A DNA stretch of 64,000 nucleotides from Candidatus Latescibacterota bacterium. GTDB lineage: Bacteria; Latescibacterota; UBA2968; GCA-2709665. The notes under the pieces were generated by a model, which was not told the origin of the DNA, ran no database searches, and worked only from the letters and a program-made list of their open reading frames with translations. This document shows positions 9,421-20,375 of this stretch, in pieces; position 1 is the stretch's first letter; each line of letters opens with the position of its first letter. The stretch is from assembly GCA_965116875.1 (NCBI GenBank), contig OZ220733.1:1920001-1984000 (forward strand). The letters are read 5' to 3'. The translations under genes were made by a program, and so were the position numbers.

Positions 9421-10359
9421 TCATGCTCCGATCGCCAATCTTGCCGCGCCCAGAATTCCCGCGTCGTCTCCCAGCACACCCGCCACGATTTGCACCCCTT
9501 CCTTGACTCCGACCGTCCCGCGTTCCTGGAAGGTCCTTCTGACAGGCGCAAACAGGCGTTCCCCGGCACGCGCGAGTCCGCCGCACAGGGCCACCACCTC
9601 CACGTTCGTTACGCTCACCAGACTCACCAGGCCGATTCCCAGCAACGTGCCGGTCTCTTCGAACATGGCGCCGGCAAACGCATCACCCGCCTCCGCAGCC
9701 TTGAAAATCGCCTGCGTGGTCAGTCCATCCGCAGTCAGCGCTGTCTCGGGCGACTCAAGCTCAAGCCGATCGCGGGTGCGTCTCACCATTGCCGTTGCGG
9801 AGACATAGAGTTCGAGACAGCCAAAATTCCCACAGGGGCAGCGGGGGCCGTTCCAGTCGATCGTGACGTGGCCCACCTCCGCCGCATTGCCGTTGAACCC
9901 ATGCATCAATTCGCCGTTACATACCCAGCCGCCGCCGACACCCGTACCCAGCGTCACACACAAAAAATGAGGCGCCTTCCTGCCGGCGCCCTGCCATTGC
10001 TCGCCAAAAGCCGCGAGATTCGCATCGTTGTCCACGACCACCGGCATTTCGAGCACAGCCTCCAGACGGTCTTTCAGGCGTACGCCATGCATGCACGGCA
10101 TGTTCTCGGGAGAAATAATGACGCCGTTGAAGGGGTCCAGCGGACCCGGCGCGCCGACGCCCACGCCGCGTACTTCCGTTCCGCCCGCTTCCCGGATCAC
10201 CTGCCTGACGCACGTTGCGATTCCCGATATCACGCGATCGCTGCCCAGGTCCGGCCGTGTGGGACAACGGTACCGGGCGAGGATTTCGCCAGCGTCCGTC
10301 ACCAACCCCGCACGGGTATTGGTCCCACCCAGGTCGACGCCAACCGTCAGCGCGTTCAC
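9421..10359 (-). CDS. ROK family sugar kinase (glucokinase-like)
   Basis: GVDLGGT, NDANLAA, TLGTGVGGG and EVGH...CPCGNFGCLE. Confidence 0.9.
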   Translation of the reverse strand: MNALTVGVDLGGTNTRAGLVTDAGEILARYRCPTRPDLGSDRVISGIATCVRQVIREAGGTEVRGVGVGAPGPLDPFNGVIISPENMPCMHGVRLKDRLEAVLEMPVVVDNDANLAAFGEQWQGAGRKAPHFLCVTLGTGVGGGWVCNGELMHGFNGNAAEVGHVTIDWNGPRCPCGNFGCLELYVSATAMVRRTRDRLELESPETALTADGLTTQAIFKAAEAGDAFAGAMFEETGTLLGIGLVSLVSVTNVEVVALCGGLARAGERLFAPVRRTFQERGTVGVKEGVQIVAGVLGDDAGILGAARLAIGA

Positions 10360-10997
10360 ATCCCGGCCCGCGCCTGTTTCACGGCCTCCACAAAAGCCCG
10401 GGCAGTCGCCGTCAACGCGGGCCAGTCCTTCTCCGCCACCGCCCGCTTATCCACCATCGCGCTTCCCGCCCCCACCGCACAGGCGCCCGCCCTGATGAAT
10501 TCCGGGGTGGTCGTGGCGTCCACCCCGCCTGTGGGCATCAGGCGCACCTGGGGCAACGGACCCTTGACATCCTTGAAATAGGAAGGACCGCCCACACCGG
10601 CAGGGAAAACCTTGACAACGTCCGCGCCGGCCTGCCATGCGGCAAGAATCTCCGTTGGAGTGAACCCCGCGGGCATGACAACCTTTCCGTAGCGCTTGGC
10701 CATCGTGATCACGTCCAGGTTCAACGTGGGTCCCACGACGTACTCCGCCCCTGCCAGAATGGCTGCGCGCGCCGTCTCCGGATCCAGGACGGACCCGACA
10801 CCGACGATGGTGTCCTCCATTTTCGCGGACGCCTCCTCGATGACCCTGAGCGCCCCCGGTACGGTCATCGTCACTTCGATGGCAACGACGCCGCCTTCCC
10901 GCAGCGCCCGGGATACATCCATCAGTTCCGCGGGCGAGTCCGCCCTCAGAACCGCCACCACCCCACAGTCGATAATTCGATCCAGCACACCGGCCAT
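10356..10997 (-). CDS. eda: KDPG/KHG aldolase
   Basis: VVAVLR, IEVT, VKVFPA and LMPTGGVD. Confidence 0.9.
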   Translation of the reverse strand: MAGVLDRIIDCGVVAVLRADSPAELMDVSRALREGGVVAIEVTMTVPGALRVIEEASAKMEDTIVGVGSVLDPETARAAILAGAEYVVGPTLNLDVITMAKRYGKVVMPAGFTPTEILAAWQAGADVVKVFPAGVGGPSYFKDVKGPLPQVRLMPTGGVDATTTPEFIRAGACAVGAGSAMVDKRAVAEKDWPALTATARAFVEAVKQARAGM

Positions 10998-11030
10998 ACA
11001 ATATTCCCTCTGTCTGCGCGATCGCGAGCG

Positions 11031-12074
11031 CTATCGCCTGATTCTTGCTGCCGCGCCTTTCATGGCGGATTCCGCCTCCGCCCTCGTCGCCCAGTTCACG
11101 TCGCCCAGGAAAGTATGCGCAAGCGCCGAATACGCGCCGGCGAAGTCCACCGCCGCCTGGGGATCCACCCCTTCGATCAGGCTTGAAATCAGCCCTGCCG
11201 AGAAACTGTCCCCGCCTCCCACCCGGTCGACCATTTCGAGGTCCTCGTAGATTCGAGACAGGTAGAATGCTTCACCGTCGAACAGGAGTGTCCGCCAGTC
11301 GTTCAGCAGTCCTGTCTTTGCAACCCGCAGGGTTGTGCCCACGTAGTCCACGTTCGGATAGGACTCGACCGCCCGACGCGCCACGTCCTTGTAGCTGTCG
11401 GGATCCAGTTGACTGTAGTCGTCCTTCGAACCCTCCGCCTTCAACCCCAGGACCTTCTCAAAGTCCTCTTCGTTGCCGATCAGTACCTTGACCAGCGGAA
11501 CAATCGTGCTGCTGGTTTCCTGGGCTTTCTCAGAACTCCACAGCTTCGACCGGAAGTTCAAGTCATAACTAGTCGTCACCCCGGCCTCCCTCGCCGCCTC
11601 CAGGGCTTCAAGCGTCGTGTCCGCGGCACTGTTGGAAAGCGCCGGCGTGATGCCGCTGACGTGAAACCATTTCGCGCCGTCGAAAATGGACTTCCAGTCC
11701 ACCATGCCGGGCTCGATATTTGAGATCGCAGAGTTCGCCCGGTCGTAGGTCACCGCGCTGGCCCGCGGCCCGACGCCCAGTTCGACGTGGTAGAACCCGT
11801 TCCGTTCGAAACCGACGCCGTCAAAATCCACCCAGCGTATATTGGACACGTCCACGCCGTGTTCCCGGCCCCTGTTCCGGATGATCCACCCCGTCCAATT
11901 GTCCACCAGCCGGGATACCCACGCCGTATTCAGACCCAGATGCGCGCAGGCTACAGCCACGTTATACTCGCCGCCGCCTATCTCGACGTCCAGACTGGTG
12001 GAATTTTCCAGCCGGCGGTATTCCGGCGACGACAATCGAATCATCGCCTCCCCGAAGGTTACCACATCGTACAT
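11031..12074 (-). CDS. kdgK: 2-keto-3-deoxygluconate kinase (PfkB family)
   Basis: VVTFGEAMIRL, YDLNFRSKLW, DRVGGGDSF; adjacent to eda. Confidence 0.85.
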   Translation of the reverse strand: MYDVVTFGEAMIRLSSPEYRRLENSTSLDVEIGGGEYNVAVACAHLGLNTAWVSRLVDNWTGWIIRNRGREHGVDVSNIRWVDFDGVGFERNGFYHVELGVGPRASAVTYDRANSAISNIEPGMVDWKSIFDGAKWFHVSGITPALSNSAADTTLEALEAAREAGVTTSYDLNFRSKLWSSEKAQETSSTIVPLVKVLIGNEEDFEKVLGLKAEGSKDDYSQLDPDSYKDVARRAVESYPNVDYVGTTLRVAKTGLLNDWRTLLFDGEAFYLSRIYEDLEMVDRVGGGDSFSAGLISSLIEGVDPQAAVDFAGAYSALAHTFLGDVNWATRAEAESAMKGAAARIRR

Positions 12075-12108
12075 TACTCCCCTCCTCAATGAAACCAGGG
12101 CGTGGTCT

Positions 12109-12804
12109 TCATTCGTCGCTTCCGCCCAGGAGGCCGGAAAGGATCAACATCCGGAACAGGAAAAGCACCGCCACCAGCGCCGACGCCACGTAGGTCCAGG
12201 CCGCCGCATTCAATACCTTTCGGGCCGCGGGGATTTCCTCTCGGGTGAGATATCCGCCGTCCTGGAGTATGGCAATCGCCCTGCTGCTGGCATTGAACTC
12301 CACCGGCAGCGTGACCAGACCGAACAGGACGGCGAAGGAAAAGAATACGATGCCAAGTTGAAGCATAAATCCGGATTGAAAGAGAAAACCGATAAAGAAC
12401 AGGGGCATGCCCACCCAGGAGCCGAAATTGGCCACCGGAACGATATTCGTCCGCAGGCTCAGGGGAAAGTATCCGTGCGCGTGCTGAAACGCGTGGCCCG
12501 CCTCGTGCGCCGCCACGCCGATGGCCGCGAGCGAGCGCGAACCGTATGTGCTGTCCGACAGGCGCAACGTGTGGTCCCGTGGATCGTAGTGATCCGTCAG
12601 CTTGCCGCCCACGTTCTCCACCTTTACCGAAACCCGGCCCCGCCGCAGGATATCGCGGGCGACCTGGTCCGCGGTCCATCCACTTCGGGAACCGAATTCA
12701 TCATACCTGGCGAACGTCCGCTTGACCTTGAACTGCGCCCACAGCGCCAGGATGAACCCCGGAATCACAAGAATCAGCGTTGGGTCCCAGAAGAGAGGAA
12801 ACAT
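12109..12804 (-). CDS. Neutral zinc metallopeptidase (YugP-like)
   Basis: LTDHYDP, AAHEAGHA and TLPVEFNASSRA. Confidence 0.9.
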   Translation of the reverse strand: MFPLFWDPTLILVIPGFILALWAQFKVKRTFARYDEFGSRSGWTADQVARDILRRGRVSVKVENVGGKLTDHYDPRDHTLRLSDSTYGSRSLAAIGVAAHEAGHAFQHAHGYFPLSLRTNIVPVANFGSWVGMPLFFIGFLFQSGFMLQLGIVFFSFAVLFGLVTLPVEFNASSRAIAILQDGGYLTREEIPAARKVLNAAAWTYVASALVAVLFLFRMLILSGLLGGSDE

Positions 12805-12860
12805 AAACGCAACACCTCCTTCGAGAATGTTTACTGCCTTTTCATCTGATGTGACGTCCA

Positions 12861-13853
12861 CTATTGGCGGTTCCCGGTTGCTCCGCCCAAGATCTCGCCG
12901 GTTTCGATCCGGTATCCGCGCACCAGTTCTGCGCCGCTCATCCGCCCCTTTCCCGCAGGTTGCACTTCTTCAAGCGCAACGGTTCCTTCGCCGGCGGCGA
13001 TCACACAACCCTTCCTCCCGTCCGCCAGGATCACCTCGCCGGGCCGCCCGGCTCCGCTGACGATCACAGCCCGATGCACCTTGAGAACTTCGTCTCTCCA
13101 GGTCGTAAACGCTCCCGGAAACGGGTTGGTTCCGCGAACCAGATTGCGGATCGACGCCGCGCCGCGGGTCCAGTCAATCCGCCCGTTCTCCTTCTCCAGC
13201 CGTGGCGCCCGTGTGACCCCCTTACCGGGCTGAGGCTTCGATGCCAATTCGTCTCTTTCCAGCCCTTCGACAACCGCCCCAAGTGCGCTCGCCCCCAATA
13301 CCCGTAACCGATCCGAGAGCTCACCCGCCGTTTCGTCCGGATCGATCTCCACGACCTGCTGGAACAGGAGGTCCCCCGCGTCCACCCGACCGGACAGGCG
13401 GAATACGCTGATGCCGGTTTCAGTTTCTCCCCGGATGATCGCCCAGTTGATGGGGGCTGCCCCGCGGTATTTCGGCAACAGCGACGGATGCAGGTTCACC
13501 GAGCCGAGCGTTGGAATTTTCAGTACGACTCCCGGCAAAATTACGAAAGCGACCACGACGAAGAGATCCGCGTTGAAGCTCCGAAGCCGATCCAGAAAGT
13601 CCGTGGCTTCCAGGGAGTGCGGCTGCATTAACGGGAGTCCCAACCGGTGCGCGGCCGTCTTCACGGGAGGCGGCGACAGTTTCCGTCCCCGACCCCGAGG
13701 CCGGTCCGGCCGGGTCACGACCGCGGCGATTTCGTGGCCGCAATCCACCAGACGATCCAGGGACGGCACGGCGAAATCGGGCGTTCCCATAAATACCAGC
13801 TTCACATCCGTCTCCAAACCGGGATCCGGTTTCGCCGGAATCCCGGATGCCAC
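12861..13853 (-). CDS. fmt: Methionyl-tRNA formyltransferase
   Basis: FMGTPDFA and NLHPSLLPKYRGAAPI; start may be GTG at 13805. Confidence 0.95.
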   Translation of the reverse strand: MASGIPAKPDPGLETDVKLVFMGTPDFAVPSLDRLVDCGHEIAAVVTRPDRPRGRGRKLSPPPVKTAAHRLGLPLMQPHSLEATDFLDRLRSFNADLFVVVAFVILPGVVLKIPTLGSVNLHPSLLPKYRGAAPINWAIIRGETETGISVFRLSGRVDAGDLLFQQVVEIDPDETAGELSDRLRVLGASALGAVVEGLERDELASKPQPGKGVTRAPRLEKENGRIDWTRGAASIRNLVRGTNPFPGAFTTWRDEVLKVHRAVIVSGAGRPGEVILADGRKGCVIAAGEGTVALEEVQPAGKGRMSGAELVRGYRIETGEILGGATGNRQ

Positions 13854-13871
13854 TCCGTGTCAGGTACCCGA

Positions 13872-14198
13872 TTACTTTTCTTCCAGAACCCGGGAAACCG
13901 ATCCCCTGGAAACCTCAACGCGCACTTCCCTGGCGATCTGCACCACGAGGATTCCAGCCTCTTCTTTAATACCCACAATCGTACCGTGAATCCCCCCGGA
14001 CGTTACGATTTTATCCCCCTTCTTCAGTGCATCGATCATCGCCTGCTGCGCTTTCTGCTTTTTGATCTGCGGGCGAAAGATCAACAGGTAGACGACGATG
14101 ACCATTAACAACAAGGGGAATATCTGCACGAGGAATCCCGGTGAGGACCCATCGGTCGGCTGGCCGCCCATCGCGAATGCTTCGCTTACGCCAAACAA
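13872..14198 (-). CDS. yajC: Preprotein translocase subunit YajC
   Basis: YLLIFRPQ...LKKGDKIVTSGGIHG; follows tgt; TTG start after AAGGAGG. Confidence 0.9.
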   Translation of the reverse strand: MFGVSEAFAMGGQPTDGSSPGFLVQIFPLLLMVIVVYLLIFRPQIKKQKAQQAMIDALKKGDKIVTSGGIHGTIVGIKEEAGILVVQIAREVRVEVSRGSVSRVLEEK

Positions 14199-14272
14199 AG
14201 GTAAACCCTCCTTGAAGGAATCAGGTAGATGAAATGAACGGAAGAATAGCTTCACTTAAAGATATTGTTATG

Positions 14273-15454
<1,182 letters not shown>

Positions 15455-15582
15455 TCACTACGCGATTGCCGCAGTGCGAATTGTCCCGGTTCTCGGCTAT
15501 GGCGCAGCCCAAATATACCAAGCGTTTCTGCGCAAGTCAACGGGTATTGAATTCTGAACAGGGTTCTGCTCCGCCGCAACTG

Positions 15583-16866
15583 TCATTGTCCCAAAGCTTC
15601 CCTGGCGCTGACGAATTCGATTCCCCGTTTTTCGAGTTCCGGCAGCACGCGTTCGAGTGCAGCCAGAGTCACCGGCCTCGCGTTTCCAATGCCGATTACC
15701 GTTCCGGATATACCTGCCATTTCCGCCAGGGCTTCGACGGATTGTTCGACCGACTCCTGTGTTTCCTTTCGATCCAGGAACTTCGCGTTCCGGCCGGCCG
15801 GCATCCCCATCTCCTCCGCGACAGACCAGGCGATCGAGCGAGGGCTGGTGAAGCTGTCCACGAAGAAAAGACCAAGGCGGTCTATTTCTTTCAATACTCT
15901 GCGGATTGCCGCCGGGTCCTCCGTGATACGCGACCCCATATGGTTGTTCATTCCCGTTGCCTGAGGCAGATGGGCTCGCGCCGTCCGAATCAGCGTTCTG
16001 ATTTTTTCCGGTGTATGGTCCATCAACACCGCGTCCGGACCCGGGTCATGGCGTGGATAATCCAGGGGTTCCATCGACAGGTACACCATGACGCCATGCC
16101 CGGCGGCGGCTGCCCGCTCCGCAATCCAGGACGATTTTTCCCGTCGTGGAAAGACCGAGAATGTAATCGTCTGTTTCAACGCGCAGAATCCCCGAATCAA
16201 CGCCTCGTCCTGATATCCGAAATCGACGACTATAATGGCGACTCGACCCGTCAATCGATTCAGCCCGGCCTTTCGCTCCAATGGGATCCTGTTCGTGCGG
16301 ACCCCATCCCCGGCTTTTCGCGTCAATGTGATCTGATTCGTGCGGACCCCATCCATACCCACGAACATGGACAGCCTGGCGCCGTTGCGGTCCTCCACGG
16401 CTTCAACGACGTCGCCGCCCAGACGCCGGGCCAGCCGGGTCAGTTGCAGATTGAACACGGCCAGTGGCAGCCCGTCGGGCACGTCGGCGGTCATCACCCA
16501 GCGGGCGGTACTGTCGGACTGCGCCCGCGACCGCCTGACGGACGCGGCCCCTTCCGGAACACCGAGGTCTTTCAGAACCGCCGGCGCCCGTGATGCCACG
16601 GAATCCGCAAACGCCAGCGGGCCTGCCGGGAGCGTCCGCCACTGCGCCTCCTGATTCAACGCGATTTCCTGTACGTTAGCGGGGGCCTCGGCCTCGCGCC
16701 AGCGCAGCCACCCTGCCAGACCGACCGCCAACGCCAGCACAAGCGCAAGCGTCCAGAGGCGCAATGACATTCGCCGCCTCCTGCGGGCCATCCTCATTCG
16801 GCGGGAACCCCTGGCCTGCTTTTTTGCGCTGGCGGCGCCGGAGCGATTGTTGGAAGTCTTCGCCAT
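15583..16866 (-). CDS. Divergent polysaccharide deacetylase family protein with N-terminal membrane anchor
   Basis: AIIVVDFG, GMNNHMGS, FFVDSFTS and RNAKFLD; start uncertain. Confidence 0.8.
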   Translation of the reverse strand: MAKTSNNRSGAASAKKQARGSRRMRMARRRRRMSLRLWTLALVLALAVGLAGWLRWREAEAPANVQEIALNQEAQWRTLPAGPLAFADSVASRAPAVLKDLGVPEGAASVRRSRAQSDSTARWVMTADVPDGLPLAVFNLQLTRLARRLGGDVVEAVEDRNGARLSMFVGMDGVRTNQITLTRKAGDGVRTNRIPLERKAGLNRLTGRVAIIVVDFGYQDEALIRGFCALKQTITFSVFPRREKSSWIAERAAAAGHGVMVYLSMEPLDYPRHDPGPDAVLMDHTPEKIRTLIRTARAHLPQATGMNNHMGSRITEDPAAIRRVLKEIDRLGLFFVDSFTSPRSIAWSVAEEMGMPAGRNAKFLDRKETQESVEQSVEALAEMAGISGTVIGIGNARPVTLAALERVLPELEKRGIEFVSAREALGQ

Positions 16867-17042
16867 AGCCGTATGAAAGATCGCGATACCGGCCGGACCG
16901 GCGCAGTCACGACCAGGAGCGGGCAAGCCGGTCGCGACGTACATCGGGGTCAACCGGAGCAGTGTAGATTGATGGACTCAACCGGGGGAGGAACGTGGAG
17001 CCTGAAACCCGGAGCAGGGGAGATGGAGCGGGTCCGGGGTAA

Positions 17043-17204
17043 GAAGCTGTTTTAAAATTTCCGGTGAGTTCCCGAGCGCGAGCGAAAAAGCGGCGGTCAA
17101 GGCGGGAAAATCCGCCCATATTTGTCTATACGGGTGGGTTTGACCAACGCCGACCGGCGCTTTTGCAGCCGCGCGAAGACCGCTGGGAATTTTAAGACAG
17201 CTTC
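17043..17204 (+). mobile_element. MITE family A, copy 1 (full length)
   Basis: TIRs GAAGCTGTTTTAAAATTTCC / GGGAATTTTAAGACAGCTTC; TAA on both flanks. Confidence 0.85.
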
Positions 17205-17209
17205 TAAAT

Positions 17210-18223
17210 TCAGGGCGCCGAAAAACTGATGGGCCGCGGCACAAAACAAAGCAAGAAGATGATGAAAGAAAGAGTTCCCAACAGCTTCCGAGACGGATCG
17301 AGGACCAGATCGGGGTCGCCGGTAGGGGAATGCCGGCGCCCAAGCGCCAGCGCGATGAGTATCCAGATGAGCCATCCCGGCCACCGGGAATCGAGCCAGG
17401 TTGAGACACCATCCTGGACGTATAGCCAGTCATACGGCGGCCCAAGCGCCCACAGGCCTGCAAGAACGACCAGCGCCGCCTTCGAGACCAGGGCGTGGAT
17501 GCGCGCCCCTCCGAATGCATACACGATATGCCCGCCGTCGAACTGTCCCACCGGCATGAGATTCAGTGCGGTCACAAAGAGACCCAGCCAGCCGGCCACG
17601 AAGACGGGATGATCGTAAATCGCAAATCCATCGGGAAGGTCGCCGATAATCTGATTTGTCAGCCATCCGCCCAGAATGGAATTGCCGAGTGAAATCCCGC
17701 CCTGCGCAAAGGTTGAGACGGGCACGATCTCGGACATATGCAATCCGACGATCAGCGCGAGCAGGGCGACCACAAAACCGGCCAGCGGCCCGGATGCCCC
17801 GATGTCCATCAACGCTCGCCGATTCGGAATGCGGGACCTGATCTTGATTACCGCACCCAGGGTGCCGATCAATGACGGAAAGGGAATGAAAAACGGCAGA
17901 GTTGCCCGCACCTTCCATCGGCGGGAGGTGAGGTAGTGCCCCATCTCGTGGATACCCAGAATCAACAGCAGCGTTCCGGAGAACGGAAGCCCCAGAACCA
18001 GATATTCGGGATTCCACAACAGCTCCGTCGAATGCAAATCACGTGGGAAGGACTCCGGCGAAACCGCCACCTGCATGGCGACCGCCATCTTCACGCCCGC
18101 CACTGTTGTCGTGTACGCCGTCAGTACGAACAACAGGACGTTGAGCCAGATTCGGTTTCCAGTGTCCCGTCCCGGAAATGTGTCACCATTCATCCGCCGA
18201 CTCATCCCGTTGCGCAGGTTCAT
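17210..18223 (-). CDS. Site-2 protease family (M50) membrane metalloprotease
   Basis: HEMGH, ASGPLAG and NLMPVGQFDGGH; start approximate. Confidence 0.9.
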   Translation of the reverse strand: MNLRNGMSRRMNGDTFPGRDTGNRIWLNVLLFVLTAYTTTVAGVKMAVAMQVAVSPESFPRDLHSTELLWNPEYLVLGLPFSGTLLLILGIHEMGHYLTSRRWKVRATLPFFIPFPSLIGTLGAVIKIRSRIPNRRALMDIGASGPLAGFVVALLALIVGLHMSEIVPVSTFAQGGISLGNSILGGWLTNQIIGDLPDGFAIYDHPVFVAGWLGLFVTALNLMPVGQFDGGHIVYAFGGARIHALVSKAALVVLAGLWALGPPYDWLYVQDGVSTWLDSRWPGWLIWILIALALGRRHSPTGDPDLVLDPSRKLLGTLSFIIFLLCFVPRPISFSAP

Positions 18224-18233
18224 CCCCTGGCGG

Positions 18234-19130
18234 TCACCGGATCCCGAATTCCAGCCGATGGGAGCCGTCGAGCCCCAATGCGGCGGGCACATAGGCATAT
18301 TCCATCCGCCAACTGCCGGGCTGAATCCCGAATCCGAATGACCAGTCGCGGATGTCGTGCCCCGTTCGGTACCCGGCACGCAGACACAATGCCCCTTTTA
18401 CGCGAAGTTCCATGCCGGTATGCACACCCACGGAGCCGTGTCTGGGCGCGCTCAGATCGAGAGAACCGGTAAGCCACTTCGCCTGCCAGGCGATTCCGGC
18501 TCGAAACGTCCCCGGTAGAGGCGTCCTCTGCGTATCCATCGCCTCCATCCGTCCCAGGTTCCGGTAGCTGACGCCGGCTGTGAGACCCTCCTTATCGAAT
18601 CGGTAAAGCAGACCGAGATCCACGCTGAATCCCGATGCCTGCTCCGGGCCGATGGATTCATGCAATGCGCGCACGGTTGCGCCGGCGTATAGCCCCGTTT
18701 TGATCCGTTTCGCGTACGTGAGCCCCGCGATGATTTCGTAGATGCCGAATGTACCCTGAGGCTGGGAGGACGGCCCTGTCCGCGCTTCGATCCCGCCTAC
18801 CGAATAGATACCCAGGCTCAGGGCGACGCCGGACCGGCCATTGCCATATGCCCATCCGCCGTAGATTTGCTGGATTTCCTGGAACGAGCTGTGATGCGTC
18901 ACCAGAAAGTCCCTGCCGGTCAGTGCGCCGATCCCCGCCGGGTTCCACGCGGCCGCCGTCTGATCGCGCGCGACCGCCGTGTAGGCGCCGCCCATTGCTT
19001 CCGCGCGGGCGCCCACCCCCTCGCGAAGCAGAACGAATCCCGCGCCCTTTCCGGATGCCTCTGCCAGACCTGTCGATCCCAATATCAACAAGAGACTCAA
19101 GACCGGCAATATTCGTCTTAATGAACTCAC
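18234..19130 (-). CDS. PorV/PorQ-like outer-membrane beta-barrel (UPF0164-like)
   Basis: Signal peptide, GVGARAEAMGGA...WNPAG, C-terminal SHRLEFGIR. Confidence 0.75.
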   Translation of the reverse strand: MSSLRRILPVLSLLLILGSTGLAEASGKGAGFVLLREGVGARAEAMGGAYTAVARDQTAAAWNPAGIGALTGRDFLVTHHSSFQEIQQIYGGWAYGNGRSGVALSLGIYSVGGIEARTGPSSQPQGTFGIYEIIAGLTYAKRIKTGLYAGATVRALHESIGPEQASGFSVDLGLLYRFDKEGLTAGVSYRNLGRMEAMDTQRTPLPGTFRAGIAWQAKWLTGSLDLSAPRHGSVGVHTGMELRVKGALCLRAGYRTGHDIRDWSFGFGIQPGSWRMEYAYVPAALGLDGSHRLEFGIR

Positions 19131-19237
19131 GACATACTCCTGGCGTCCTTGCAACCCGCGAAATCTGAATCCTCTCAAACTTTAAACAATGCCGGTGAAA
19201 GAGTCAATATCCAAAGGAAGCCGTTTGTGGGATGAGT

Positions 19238-20254
19238 CTAGCGCAACGCCACGTCGTGTGTATTCTCATCCGCAGCTTTCTGAATCTTCAGCACCGTTCT
19301 GGCGGCGCGAACCACCGACTCGGTGCATCGTTCGCCTTCCGCGGCCTCGCCCCGGATATCCTCCAGGAATGCCTGAAGATACCCTCCGGACCGATCTTCC
19401 GGTATGGATTGCGACTCCACTCGCTCCGAATCCTTCCACGCGATCTGAATGGTATCCTGCGTCGTGCCCGCCTCGAGCACGCCATCCCGTCCCCAGAACG
19501 TGTACCGCCAGTAGAACGGAAGTGAGTATCCCGCCCTGTCAGGCATGAAGTACGACACGTCTCCGAGCACGCCGCAACCGTTGTCCATCGTCAGCATCAT
19601 CTGCGCGCCGTCTCCAAAGTGGGGAAACTCCGGCGCGAAGGCATTCCAGCACCTGGCGGCGTTGACCGTCTCGAATTCCAGGCCGGTTATCCACGGAAGA
19701 CAGTCAATGGCATGGATGGCAAGGTCGTTAATGGTCCCGCCGTGTTTGCCCTCTTCGAAGTACCAGCCCGGCCTTGATCCCAGAAGCAGCGGATGCTGTC
19801 CGCCAAATGAAATCGCGTGGACCTCTCCGATCGTACCCTCCCGAATCATGTTCCTCGCGCCGATGGTCTGTCCGTGGTCCCGCATGGATAGCATGCATCC
19901 GACGGTCAGATTCCGCTCGCCCGCGATCCGTTCGATTTCGTCGAGTTCTTCAAGACGGGTGCACAACGGTTTATCGACGATGACGTGCTTTCCCGCGTTT
20001 AACGCGTGAATGGCCGCACCGCCGCGCCCGGCGAAATACTCCCCGATGGCCACGACGTCGCAATCCACTTCGCTCAACATCCGCTCGGAGTCCGAGTGCG
20101 TGACGTTCGCGCCGGCGGCGGCAGCCGCTGCCCGCGCGGCATCGTCCGCTTCACAGGCAGCCACGACCTCTACGTCGTCGCGCCCGTTCGCCCGTTTGTA
20201 AAGGTCGTGAATGTGCCCATGACGAAATCCGACAAAAGCAAACCGAACCGACAT
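19238..20254 (-). CDS. Gfo/Idh/MocA family oxidoreductase
   Basis: GKHVIVDKP and GGTINDLAIHAID. Confidence 0.88.
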   Translation of the reverse strand: MSVRFAFVGFRHGHIHDLYKRANGRDDVEVVAACEADDAARAAAAAAGANVTHSDSERMLSEVDCDVVAIGEYFAGRGGAAIHALNAGKHVIVDKPLCTRLEELDEIERIAGERNLTVGCMLSMRDHGQTIGARNMIREGTIGEVHAISFGGQHPLLLGSRPGWYFEEGKHGGTINDLAIHAIDCLPWITGLEFETVNAARCWNAFAPEFPHFGDGAQMMLTMDNGCGVLGDVSYFMPDRAGYSLPFYWRYTFWGRDGVLEAGTTQDTIQIAWKDSERVESQSIPEDRSGGYLQAFLEDIRGEAAEGERCTESVVRAARTVLKIQKAADENTHDVALR

Positions 20255-20270
20255 ATCGCCTCCCCGTTAG

Positions 20271-20354
20271 CAGTCCGTTGAGAAAGTCGCTCTGCAGGCC
20301 TGCCAGTGAAGTCCTGGCAGGCAGGTAGCCCGGATGGGCTTTTTCAACGGGCTG
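20271..20354 (+). repeat. Repeat family B (MITE-like) with nested palindrome
   Basis: TIRs CAGTCCGTTGAGAAAGTC / GGCTTTTTCAACGGGCTG; TAG and TAA flanks. Confidence 0.75.
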
Positions 20355-20375
20355 TAAGGTCAGTAGCGGGACTTT

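Noticed and set aside
7906-10581. 891-aa plus-strand ORF
   Set aside because: Antisense shadow of four well-supported minus-strand genes; Arg/His/Pro-rich with no motifs
16907-17119. Small ORFs sharing FSRLDR..FARARE.TGNFKT (also 26680-26961 and the N-terminus of 62385)
   Set aside because: Translations of MITE family A, not a protein family
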